Assembly: GCF_026210795.1 (NCBI RefSeq)
Contig: NC_089430.1
Coordinates: forward strand, 1,178,001 to 1,242,000
DNA: 64,000 nt
Direction of reading: 5' to 3'
From: Rhizophagus irregularis
Taxonomy: Eukaryota
The position numbers and the translations under genes were made by a program. Shown piece by piece: positions 50,111 to 60,929 of the stretch (its first letter is position 1; every line of letters starts with the position of its first letter). The notes under the pieces were generated by a model that was not told the origin of the DNA, ran no database searches, and saw only the letters and a program-made list of their open reading frames with translations.

Positions 50111-51740
50111 GCAACATTAAATTTGTGAAAGGAAAATTTCCGATGACCACAAATTTAACATATAAATCATTTGATTATTATAATAATAATCAGTGATCGG
50201 CGGTAACTCTGGCCAAGCTTATAATTCCGGCCAGAATTAAGACTTTAGTGTAACCCATGTCCGATTGTCACGTGATTTATCATTCGTAATTCTGCACGTC
50301 ATTATCTGTTATAGTTTAGCAATCCAATTTTTTTATTTTACTGTAAAAATAATTTTGTATTCTTAATGTAGACATTTCATGTATTAGGTATGCCTTCTTT
50401 TCATATGTTAAATAGAATTTTATTTTTCTATTTATTTATTTACTGAAATTAAGACTTTTTTTTATTTTTATTTAAATAAGTCTCTAGTATAGCCTAAAAA
50501 ATCGAATAGAATTTTATTTGATGTTTTGATCCGGATAAAAAACATTGTCCAGATAAATGAATAAATAAAAAAAATATCCGGTTTCTATCTGATAAACTTG
50601 ACATTTATATTTATGAAAACAGATGTTCAAGAACTATCGTGGAGTATAATTTATTTTGGCAAGTTAAATTAATAAAATTAAGCAACAAGAAATTTCGTTT
50701 AAGATATAAATCAATTAGTATATAAGGCAGAATTTTTATCTTTAGAGTATCTAAATGAAATATATACATGAGGCAAATTCTAAACAATTTTAGACGAATA
50801 TAAATTGCAGATGAATAATGGACGAATTATTCTAAATTTATCTTTTTACTTTAATTATCAAATTCATTTTTTATTTTCTAAAAAATTCGGTAAAGATGAA
50901 ATTTATTGCTGATCTGCTTGTGTAACAATCACCTGACTGCAACTACAGCGGGGGACGGCTGAAACTAGCAGACTTTTTGGCATAGAAATGTTTGCCATAG
51001 TAAATTCCTAAATTTGTAAAATAAATTAATTGTAGATCTATACTAAAAGTTTCAAGTGATTTTAATTTTCCAAAGCAAGTAATTCCTGCTGTTAACTGCC
51101 GCACCAGCCGCATTCAGGCACATTTATGCAGATTTATGCGCCTAAAACAGGTCGCGAAATGATGCACACTTTTGTCAAGCCATACATTATATACAGAAAC
51201 TTGTAATAATGTGTATATACATATATTGATAATTAAGAAAACTTTATTTTAACTTCCATTTTTTTATTTCCAATTATGTGGAAAAGAATGACGTTATTTA
51301 TAGAAATAATAGAATTAAAAGAAATTCTTTGTTATTTTATGTTACTAGTTTTTTTTTTTTTTCAGAAAAATGTGTACTTTGTATTTTATTTGATACATTG
51401 AGGCTGAATCAAAATATGTATTCATAATAATCAAAATGGTAATACGCATATTCAAAAATTTTATAAAATATCGGTGTAATAAATGAACTTTTGTCAGTAG
51501 GATAATAAACCTATTAACAAAATACTCTTACATCAAAAAAGTTTTAAGGTGTGTTTGGAAATTTTACCTTTTCTGTAAAAGAACTCCTAGTAATTATTTG
51601 TAACTGTTTTTAACAATGATCAAATTTAACCTTCTTTACTCATGCTACTTCTACTTAGCTTCCTCTAATCTCTTACGCTTAACTTTGAGGTTACTCTTCA
51701 TTATCAGCCTATCTATTTAAAGGAAGTTCAAGAGTCTCAA

Positions 51741-52997
51741 ATGCCCCCTACCTCTTTCTCAGCTTTTCAACTGCCTAAAACTCAAATACAGAGAAAACAT
51801 GAGTTGGTCGCTGGTCTCTTTAAAGAGATCTTAGAAAGATTTCGGGACTGGGATCTGTGTCGAGAATCGCCCAGCCTTTTCCTGGTGTATGCCTATGACA
51901 ATCCCTCTGTTGGTCGAGCTGACGCTGGGGTTTCCCGGAATTTGATTCAATGGTTGTCCAGTTTACGTTTCCATATTTATTCTGACTGCACGGTAAGCGG
52001 ATATAATACTTTAGCGTTTCAAACCACTTTGATGAATACAGCCAAGGCTGATGACGTACTGTCCAGTCAGCTTTGTTTATTGCCGAATCACTCAGAGTCT
52101 GTAGATAGAGTTATTTTATGTGGATCAGAAGTACTGGGACGCTATATAGAAACTTCATATTACCAGAGCTATTATCAGTCACTCAAAAGTGCCTATCAAA
52201 AAGCTTTAAAACAATTTGATGGGATCGACAGCATCAAGGAGGCATTACGTGAGGTCGTTAATCACAATCTGAAGGAAAAGGAGTTTCACCATGTGTTAAC
52301 AGAACTGGCCTTTTTGCATATTCGGTATGATTACAAGCAAGAAGATCATGGTATCATTCCAGTTTTACTCAATGGAACATTTCAGAAATGCTTTCCGGCA
52401 TTCATTGTAAAATCAACCACCATTTGCATCTATGAGCCTTCTTTGTACGTCCCAGGGAATTGGAATGGTGAAGAAACCTATCAAGATCAAGGTGTGCATA
52501 TAGGATTTTTCAAACTGTTAAAACGGCTACTTGTAAACCAGGAAAGGCGCATTCAACTCATCGAAGAAGAAGTCTACCATTCTTGTATTCAAGCATTGCG
52601 AAAGAATCATTCCAAGGTGTTAGAACCACAGGCATTTTCAACCTATATGAAAGATGCCTACCTAAAAGTCTTAGACAAACTGCTGGAAGATGGTACAACC
52701 TTCCTGCGACAACTTGGTCCTGAAACTTCTCCAAAACCTATTCCTCAATGCAAACAAAATAGCATGTTACAAACTGCTCAAATTCTTGAGGTCATGCAGG
52801 CTCAAACTCAAATTGAGTCTTTAATTGAAGCTAAAGTCAGTGCTCTTAAAATAGATCTTAAATCTTATCTTCAATCTGAAATTCATTTAGTTAAATCTTC
52901 CATAGATTCTAAACTTGAAGCTATGCAGGAAGCACAAACTTCTCTGAATTCTAAATTAGAATTAATTTTGGCTTCATTAAATAAACCTTCTAGATAG
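51741..52997 (+). CDS. Intronless 418-aa protein with a predicted alpha/beta (TIR/SEFIR-like) N-terminal domain and a C-terminal coiled coil
   Basis: Long uninterrupted ORF, visibly GC-richer than its flanks. Pattern LFLVYAYDN..LIQWLSSLRFHIYSD..VDRVILCGSE..ELAFL..IIPVLL, with heptad repeats at the C-terminus. Confidence 0.85.
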   Translation: MPPTSFSAFQLPKTQIQRKHELVAGLFKEILERFRDWDLCRESPSLFLVYAYDNPSVGRADAGVSRNLIQWLSSLRFHIYSDCTVSGYNTLAFQTTLMNTAKADDVLSSQLCLLPNHSESVDRVILCGSEVLGRYIETSYYQSYYQSLKSAYQKALKQFDGIDSIKEALREVVNHNLKEKEFHHVLTELAFLHIRYDYKQEDHGIIPVLLNGTFQKCFPAFIVKSTTICIYEPSLYVPGNWNGEETYQDQGVHIGFFKLLKRLLVNQERRIQLIEEEVYHSCIQALRKNHSKVLEPQAFSTYMKDAYLKVLDKLLEDGTTFLRQLGPETSPKPIPQCKQNSMLQTAQILEVMQAQTQIESLIEAKVSALKIDLKSYLQSEIHLVKSSIDSKLEAMQEAQTSLNSKLELILASLNKPSR

Positions 52998-53359
52998 TTT
53001 TTATAAATAATAAAAAAATAATTTTTGTTAATATTCAATACTTTCTTTGAGTAATTTACATTATATACTTATCACGCATAAAATATTTGAGTACGCATTC
53101 TACAATAGCTTTGTTCCCTTTTGTTGGTTCATTTTAATTTCTGTTTAGCCCTAACCATTATATTCATTGAATGTACAGTTTTGTGTGAATGATATAAATG
53201 TATTAAAAAAACTAATACTCAAGTTTCATTGCGAAATTTTACCTTAAATTTTGCAATTACTGAAATAATGGTATACTAATTATGCTAACCAGTCAACCCA
53301 AGCCATTTATTTTTTGTCTAGCGATCTACATATACCTTTATCCATACTTAAAAAAGGAG

Positions 53360-53492
53360 CAAAAATTTACTATTAGCTCTACGCATTTTTTTCAGGGCCG
53401 GAATTATGATAATGTCAGTCACCTACTACAATAAGTAATAAAATTCTGACCAACATTATTGGAAATTATCTAAAAAAGGAAAGATTTTCATG
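53360..53492 (-). mobile_element. Fragment homologous to the interior of the 20621 MITE
   Basis: The reverse complement matches about 20683-20815 (GACTGACATTATCATAATTCCGGCCCTGAAAA, GTCAGAATTTTATT). Confidence 0.75.
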
Positions 53493-54788
53493 GCTATTTT
53501 GACATATCCTACGCGTTTATTTCGTTACCTATTTAGTATTGCTCGGGGTCCTCTGGTCTATGAAGTGAAGAGTCGTGTTTTACCTCGTGGCGTGTCATTT
53601 TTATGAAGAATAATTTTTTTCAATTTTGAAAGAAAAAAAGGAAGCGAAATAAGAAAGTATCTGTATTTTCATGAAGGAAATTGATTAGTTTATACCATTT
53701 TTGTAAGCATGGGATAAATTACTAAGTGTTGTTTAATCTAATAATTTATACGTTTTCCTTTATGGTAAAAGATTATGGTCTCGGATAAACTAGTAAACAA
53801 TTTAAAATTTACTCTGTTTGCATACATTATTGTGTACAATAATTTTACAAATTATAAGTATTAAAAAAAATTATCTATATTATTTTTAATTTAAACAAAT
53901 AAACCTTCTTAATATTGTTTTTTTATGTTTTTTCTATACTTATTCTATAACTTACAAAACATAATCATTTGAATAAATTCCGATCACTGATCCAAACTTA
54001 AGAGGCATAAGAATGAAAAGAAAAAAAAATTTCGAAAAAAAATTAGTAAAAATAATAAGAAAAAAATTATTAAAAATAAAATTCGGAAAACACTGTAGCA
54101 CCGCAACATCGATCATCGATCTGAACACCGATTAAGCCTAAAAGAAGAAATATATTAAATACATTTATATATAGAAAATATATGTATAAAAACATTAATA
54201 TAATTAATATAGAATATTATAAAGGAAATAAAATTAAAAAATAATTGAAAAAATTAAAAAAAAATTCGGTTTTAAAAAAAAACTGGAACTGACCGAACGC
54301 ATTGTATCGAGTTAGTAATACAAACTAAGCTTTTTTTCGTTAATTAGTAAAAAAAAGTTTCCTATTAAAGTTTGGAACGTACACATGAACTCGATAACCA
54401 ATCAAATAATGCAGTGGGGTGTGACGGTTGTGACACAAAAAGTCACGTGATTTTTCGTGACATTTTTTTCAGGTTACGCTGGTAAAGTCTATTATAATGC
54501 GCCATACTGTTCAAAAATCCCGGGTGGCCACCCTGGATGCATCCAGGGTGATTTTGAAAATTTACCCTGGATGCAAACATTACCCTGGATGATCATTGAA
54601 TTTCTACACGAGTCGTTACATATTATCGGTCACGTGATATATCACATTGCTCGTCTTAGCCAATGAGGATTCAATTTTTGTGATATCATCATTCTTATAT
54701 TACTACCATTAGATTCATCTAAGCAAAAATGAAGCCAATAAGATATAAATTATTGGTTTCTAATTATTAGTTTCATCAGGAAATTTTA

Positions 54789-57718
54789 CAGGTGATATAT
54801 AGCAATATATATCACTTTATCGATATATATCTTATTATTTATAAAATGTGATATATATTGATAATAATCGCACTCGTCGAGTAGTATCGATATAGATAAA
54901 AACGATAAATCATCAAATTTAAACCTAAATGATAAATATCGATATTTAACAAATAATAAACAATCGATATTTAACAACAATCGATATTTAACTTAAACAA
55001 TAGATATCAAATTTTACACATCAAAATTTAATTTTATTTAATTATTGTAATATACAAATAAAACGAAATAAAAATATAATAAATACAACATTAAATATAT
55101 TTCTAATTAAATAAAATAAAATAATAAATGGTTCACAACAGGATGTTGCGAAACCAAAATGGCAGAATCCAAAACTTATACACCAAATTTCTCATGTCTA
55201 AAGGCCCAGCCGTCTAAAAAAAAAAGAAAGACCTAAAAAATTAAAAATTTTATTTAAAAAAAAAAAGTTTCGAAATGAAACCCTTATAACTTACCGATCC
55301 AAAATTTAAAGTCGAAGCTGATACATACATAAAAAAAAAATTAGAAAATTTTACTTTAAAAAAAAGCCAAAAAAAGTTTCAAAACGAAAAGAAACTTTTG
55401 AAACTTACCAATCTGAAAGAAAGATTAAAGCCAATATATGCCTAAAAAAAAAGAAATTAATTAAAAATTTTTTATTTTTAAAATAAAAAGAAATAAGTTT
55501 TGAAATGAAACTTTCAAAACTTACTGATCTGAAGCGCAAAACCAAACCGATACCTAAAAAAAAGGAAAAATAATTAGATTATTTTATTAAAAAAAAACCT
55601 AAGTTCGAAAGAAAGAAAGAAACTTTCGAAACTTATCTAAAGCCCAAAAGGAAGATTAAAGCCGATATCTAAAAAAAAAGAAAAAAAAATAGTTTTTTTT
55701 TTCAAAAAAATATTACTAAAGTTTCGAAAGTTTTCACTTTAAAACTTACCTATCCAAACTCCAAAGCCCAAAAGGAAGAAAAGCCAATATCTAAAAAAAA
55801 GAAAGAATATGAAACGTTAATAAACGCTTCGTTACTGTAAAAAAAAAAATAATAAGGACTAACCACTGAATTCCAAAGCGTTAAAAAAGACCTGGCTGTC
55901 TAGAATTTTCCACGCGTCCAAAGGTCAAAATGTGATAAACCCTAAAAAAAAAAGAAAGGTTAGTAAGGTCAAAAAAAAAAATTAAACCCAAAAATTCACA
56001 AGCTGAAATGAAAATGTTCCTAAAAAAAATTCGTAATTTTTTTACTTGGTGAAAAGCGGTTAATTTAGGTGAAGGGAAGGATGAAAGAGAGGAGGAAATA
56101 AAAGAAAGGGAGAGAGGGTAACGGAGAGAGAAGAAGAACAAAAGAAGTGGGAAAAGGCAAAAACGGAGGAGAGGAGGAAAAAAGAAGAACGAAAAAAGGG
56201 GAAAGGGAAAAATGGAAGAGAGGGAGGGGTATTTTGTTAAAAAAAGTTTAAAAATAGTTTAAAAAAGTAGATTATTAGTATTACGTGATACGTAATATGC
56301 GTAATACATAATTTTATAAGAATAGAGGGGATTCAGTTATCGGTGAAACTTAAAATTTTATTGCAAAAATATTTTTTAAAAAAATTATTTTGCAAACATA
56401 TTTATTTATTCAAAATAATCTTATTTAATGAATTTTATATTAAAATTTAAGTCACACATTTACGATTTTAAAGAAAAAAATCCCGCATTTATTTTTAATC
56501 AAGTGGTACAAAAAAAAATAATATCAATAAATAAAAAAGATAAGTAAATTACAATGATCAAGGAGAAAGATGCTAATAAAAAATGAAATAACAATGGAGT
56601 AATGGAAAGTAATAAAAGATGAAAGGGAGTAAAAAAGAGTAATGAGAAGTGATAAGAAACAAAAAGGAGAAATAGAGAGATGAAAAGGAGTGATAGGAGT
56701 CGAAGAGGAGTGATGGGAGACGAAAATGGTGATGGGAGACGAAAAGAAATGATGGGAGACAAAAAGGAGTGATGGGAGGCGAAAAGGAGTGATGGGAGAC
56801 GAAAATAAACGATGGGAGACGAAAAGTGGTGATGGGAGACGAAGAGGACGGAGTGATGGAGACGAAGAGGAGTGATGGGAAACGAAGAGAGTGATGGGAG
56901 ATGAAAAGAAATAATGGAAGACGAAAAGGAGTGATGGGAGACGAAAAGAAATGATGGGAAGATGAAGAGGAGTGATGGGAGACGAAAAGAAGTGAAGAGG
57001 AGCGATGTTCTCGTTATACTGCTTAATGGAGACGAAAAGTAGCGATGGGAGATAAAAGAAATGATGGGAAGATGAAGAAAAGTGATGGGAGACGAAAAGG
57101 AGTGATGAGAGACGAAAAGAAGTGATGGGAGACGAAGAGGAGTGATGGGAGACAAAAAGAAGTGATAGGAGAAGAGGAGTGATGGAAAATAAAAAGGAGT
57201 GATGGGAGACGAAGAGGAGTAACGGAGGACGAAAAGGAGTGATGGGAGACGAAAAGAAATGAAGAGGAGTGATGGGAGACGAAAAGAAGTGATGGGGAAC
57301 GAACAAATAAACATGACGTGATCATGTGGCCAATCTGGCCAATCAAATATTAAAGCTGTTGACCCAGGCGATGTGGCTCTTTTTTATATAGTTATATTGA
57401 GATTTAAAATATGTGTATATATGTACATTAAATATCACCAATTAACTTTATAAAACAATATTGCTAACTTAATTATGGATAACTTTCAATTACTAACAGT
57501 TACTTTGTGATAATTTTTGATAATTGACAGTATCCCAAATTATCATTATGATAATATTTGATAATCATCAATATCATGAAATAACTTGATGATAACTATC
57601 GATAATCATATCTGCAGATAACGCAGATAATTATTATTAATTATCATATTTTGTTAATTATCAGCATTTTACAGCGATAAATATCGATAAAGTGATATAT
57701 ATTGCTATATATCACCTG
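54789..57718. mobile_element. 2.9-kb non-autonomous TIR element (CAGG ends, hAT-like)
   Basis: Perfect TIR of about 38 bp, CAGGTGATATATAGCAATATATATCACTTTATCGATAT, with subterminal GATA/ATCGAT repeats. TSD not clean; no transposase. Confidence 0.8.
56590..57305. repeat. Purine-rich minisatellite with a unit of about 20 bp (GATGGGAGACGAAAAGGAGT)
   Basis: About 30 degenerate copies, with an internal higher-order duplication. Confidence 0.92.
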
Positions 57719-57749
57719 GAAAAATTTCCTAATGTTATAAGATAACTCA

Positions 57750-58230
57750 AGCAATATTTTGTACAACGCTTTTCATCAATAATGATATAAAAAAATATTT
57801 GCAAAATGTTTTTTATATATTAAAACACTTAGAAAAAAACGTTTCGCAACGTTTTTTATCAATAATAATGTAAGAAAATGTTGCAGGATGTTTTTTTATA
57901 TTAAAACATTTAAAAAAACGTTTTGCAACATTTTTTATTAATAATAATATAAAAATATATTAAGAAACGTTTTTTTATATTAAAACACTTAGAAAAAAAT
58001 GTTTCGCAATGTTTTTTATCAATAATAATATAAGAAAATGTTGCGAAACGTTTTTTTATATTGAAACACTTAAAATTTTTTTATATTATTATTGATAAAA
58101 AACGTTGTGAAACGTTTTTTTTCTAAGTATAAACGTTTTTTTTTAAAGTGTTTTAGTATTTTAATATAAAAAATGTTTCACAACATTTTTTTATATTATT
58201 ATTGATAAAAAAGATAGAAAAACATTTTTT
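57750..58230. repeat. Direct and inverted repeats of AAAACGTTTCGCAACGTTTTTTATCAATAATAAT
   Basis: Three direct copies followed by two inverted copies. Confidence 0.7.
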
Positions 58231-58234
58231 TTAA

Positions 58235-59760
58235 TAACGCCAATAGATCGTTATAGATATAATAAAATCTTTCAGATTAAATTTTTTTTTCTAATAATAG
58301 GTATAATTAGGGATGGCAACAGTCGGTCATGGTCAGTCATCGGTCGGTCATAACCGGTCAAGAACCTTTGACTGACCGACCGACCGTTTGACTGACCGGT
58401 CTGACCCACCGGTTAACCAACCGTTTGACCGACTGGTTAACCGATCCTGAAAACGTTTGCGAAACGTAATTTAATTGAAATACTTAATAAAAAATGTTTT
58501 CGCAACGTTTTCTATTAAAATAATTAAAAAAACGTTTGTGAAACATTTTTTTTATTAAATTACATTTCGCAAACGTTTTCAGGATCGGTTAAATGGTCGG
58601 TCAAATGGTCGGTTAACCGGTCGGTCAGACCGGTCGGTCAAACGGTCGGTCAGAGGTCTTTGACCGACCGATATCGGTCACGGTCATGACCGGTCATAAC
58701 CGGTTAATGACCGTGACCGTTGCCATCCCTAGGTATAATACGTGAGACAGATATTGTATAAATAAAAATTTCTAATAATGCCAATAGATAATGTAATAAA
58801 ATCTTTCAGAAATTTTTTCTAAATTTTTTCTAATAAAATTTTCTGATTTATTTTTTTAATGCCAATAGATCGCTATAGATCTCAGAAATTTTTTTTTTAA
58901 TTTTTTTTCTAATAATGGGTTTAATGCGTAAGATAATATTGTGTAAATAAAATTTTCCAATTTTTTTTTTTATAATAATGCCAATAGATCGCTATAGATC
59001 TTTCAGAATTTTTTTTTAAAATTTTTTTTTTCTAATAATAGGTATAGTACGTAAGACAATATTGTATAAATAAAATTTTCCAATTTTTTTTTTATAATAA
59101 TGCTAATAGATCGTTATAGATATAATAGGATATTTCAAAAATTTTTTCTAAATTTTTTTTTCTAATAACAATAGATCGTATAATAATAAATAAGGCAGAT
59201 ATTGTATAAATAAAACTTTCCAATTTTTTTTAATAATAGCAATAGATCGTTATGGATCTTTCGGAATTTTTTTTTGAATTTGTTTTTTCTAATAGGTTAA
59301 AATTTTCCGATTTTTTTTAATAATGCCAATAAACCTAACAAAATCTTACAGAAATTTTTTTTTAATTTTTTTTTCTAATAATAACAATAAATTGTATAAT
59401 ACATATAACTGATATTGTATAAATAAAATTCTCTGGTTTTTTTTTTAATAATGCCAATAGATTGTTATAAATATAATAAAATCTTTCAGAATTTTTTTTT
59501 AAAAATTTTTTTTTATAATACATAAGAATATTGTGTAAATAAAATTTTCTAATAATGCCAATAGATCATTATAAATATAACAAAATCTTTCAGAAATTTT
59601 TTCTAATTTTTTTCTAATAACAATAGATAGTATAATAATACATAAGGCAGATATTGTATAAATAAAATTTTCTGATTTTTTTTTTAATAATGTCAATAGT
59701 TCATTAAATATCTTTCAGAATTTTTTTTAAATTTTTTTCTAATCGTAACAATAGATTGAT
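58235..59760. repeat. Degenerate tandem array (AATGCCAATAGATCGTTATAGAT...GATATTGTATAAATAAAATT)
   Basis: Recurrent units of about 110-130 bp, interrupted by the 58308 MITE. Confidence 0.7.
58308..58731. mobile_element. hAT MITE (424 bp) with Ac/Ds-like TIR
   Basis: TAGGGATGGCAAC..GTTGCCATCCCTA, perfect 8-bp TSD GGTATAAT, subterminal GACC/CGGTC repeats, near-complete foldback. Confidence 0.93.
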
Positions 59761-59768
59761 ATACTGTA

Positions 59769-60800
59769 CACTCCCCTACAAAAAGTATCCGACCACCCTA
59801 AAAATTAAAAAATCATAAAAAATTCAGTGGGCCCAACAATAAATTTATATTTATTTTAAAAGTTCAAGACATGAGACTTTTAAAAGTGTTTTTTTTAGCT
59901 TAATTATTAGTAAAAATTGGCGGAAATTTTTAATTTTAAAAATGGCAAAATTCTTAACTTTTTAACTAGAGCAGTTACGGCCAAACGAATGCCAGAAATC
60001 AATTCTTTGACTAAAAAATAGCTTATGTTTAAAAAATCAGAAAGGTTGGACTGGTAGTTGCCGAAAAATCCACCACTGAAGATCAGAATTTTTATATGTA
60101 AAAACGGTAAAATCTACGGTGTACCGTTTGAACGAAAAGTGCCAAAATTTCGAAAAATTGATTTTTCGAATTTTTGAATTTTAAAATCTCCTTATAAGGA
60201 GATTCTCCTTATAAGGAAAATCTCCTTTTATGGCAATGTAACGTTACACAAATGTCTAAATAAGGAAGTTGGTGTTACCAAATTTCCTTTTTGGACGTTT
60301 TGTGTAACGTAGATCTATCCTATAAAAGGAAAATTTCCTTATAAGGCGATTTTAAAAGTTCAAAATTTCGAAATTTCGAAATTTCAAAAAAAAATTACCA
60401 TAAAAGGAAATTTTTTTTTAGATTTTTGAAATTTCGAAATTTCGAAATTTTGAATTTGAAAATCGCCTTTTAAGGAAATTTTCCTTTTATGTAAGGGATC
60501 TACATTGCACAATATTTAATTTATAGTGCCAGCCAGAATTATAATCTCCTTATATGGAAATTTTGTTTAAAAATATTTTTTTAACAAATCTGGTGGCTAA
60601 ACTATTTACCCGAATTCCGAAATCATGTGTTAATATTTATTTTTACCAAAAATTGGAGTAATCCTGGCCGGATTTAAGAAAAATATTAATGTAACGTTAC
60701 ACAAATTTCCAAAAAAGGAAATTTTGCTTCTCGCAAAAAATTGGAAATTTGGTTTCACAAATACTCCAAAAAAGGAAATTTACATGTCGATCACTTAATT
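59769..60800. mobile_element. Left end of a Tc1/mariner-like element with palindromic subterminal repeats
   Basis: TA|CACTCCCCTACAAAAAGTATCCGACCACC resembles Tc1-type TIRs, followed by CCTTATAAGG and TTTCGAAA foldbacks. The right TIR was not seen and the extent is approximate. Confidence 0.5.
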
Positions 60801-60929
60801 CCGGCCAGCATTATAAATTTTTTATATTCTTTATTAATTAAAAAAATTTAATTTTTTAACTTTTTAATTTTTTTTAATAATAATAATAATAATTATTATT
60901 ATTATTAGCATTATATTAATTTTTTAATT

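Noticed and set aside
49982..53500. The foreign-looking gene as cargo of a hAT element starting at 49982
   Set aside because: No matching right TIR or TSD was found downstream.
56499..57346. Three overlapping minus-strand ORFs of 107-271 aa
   Set aside because: They are artefacts of the stop-poor 20-bp minisatellite; several frames are open and translate to low-complexity sequence.
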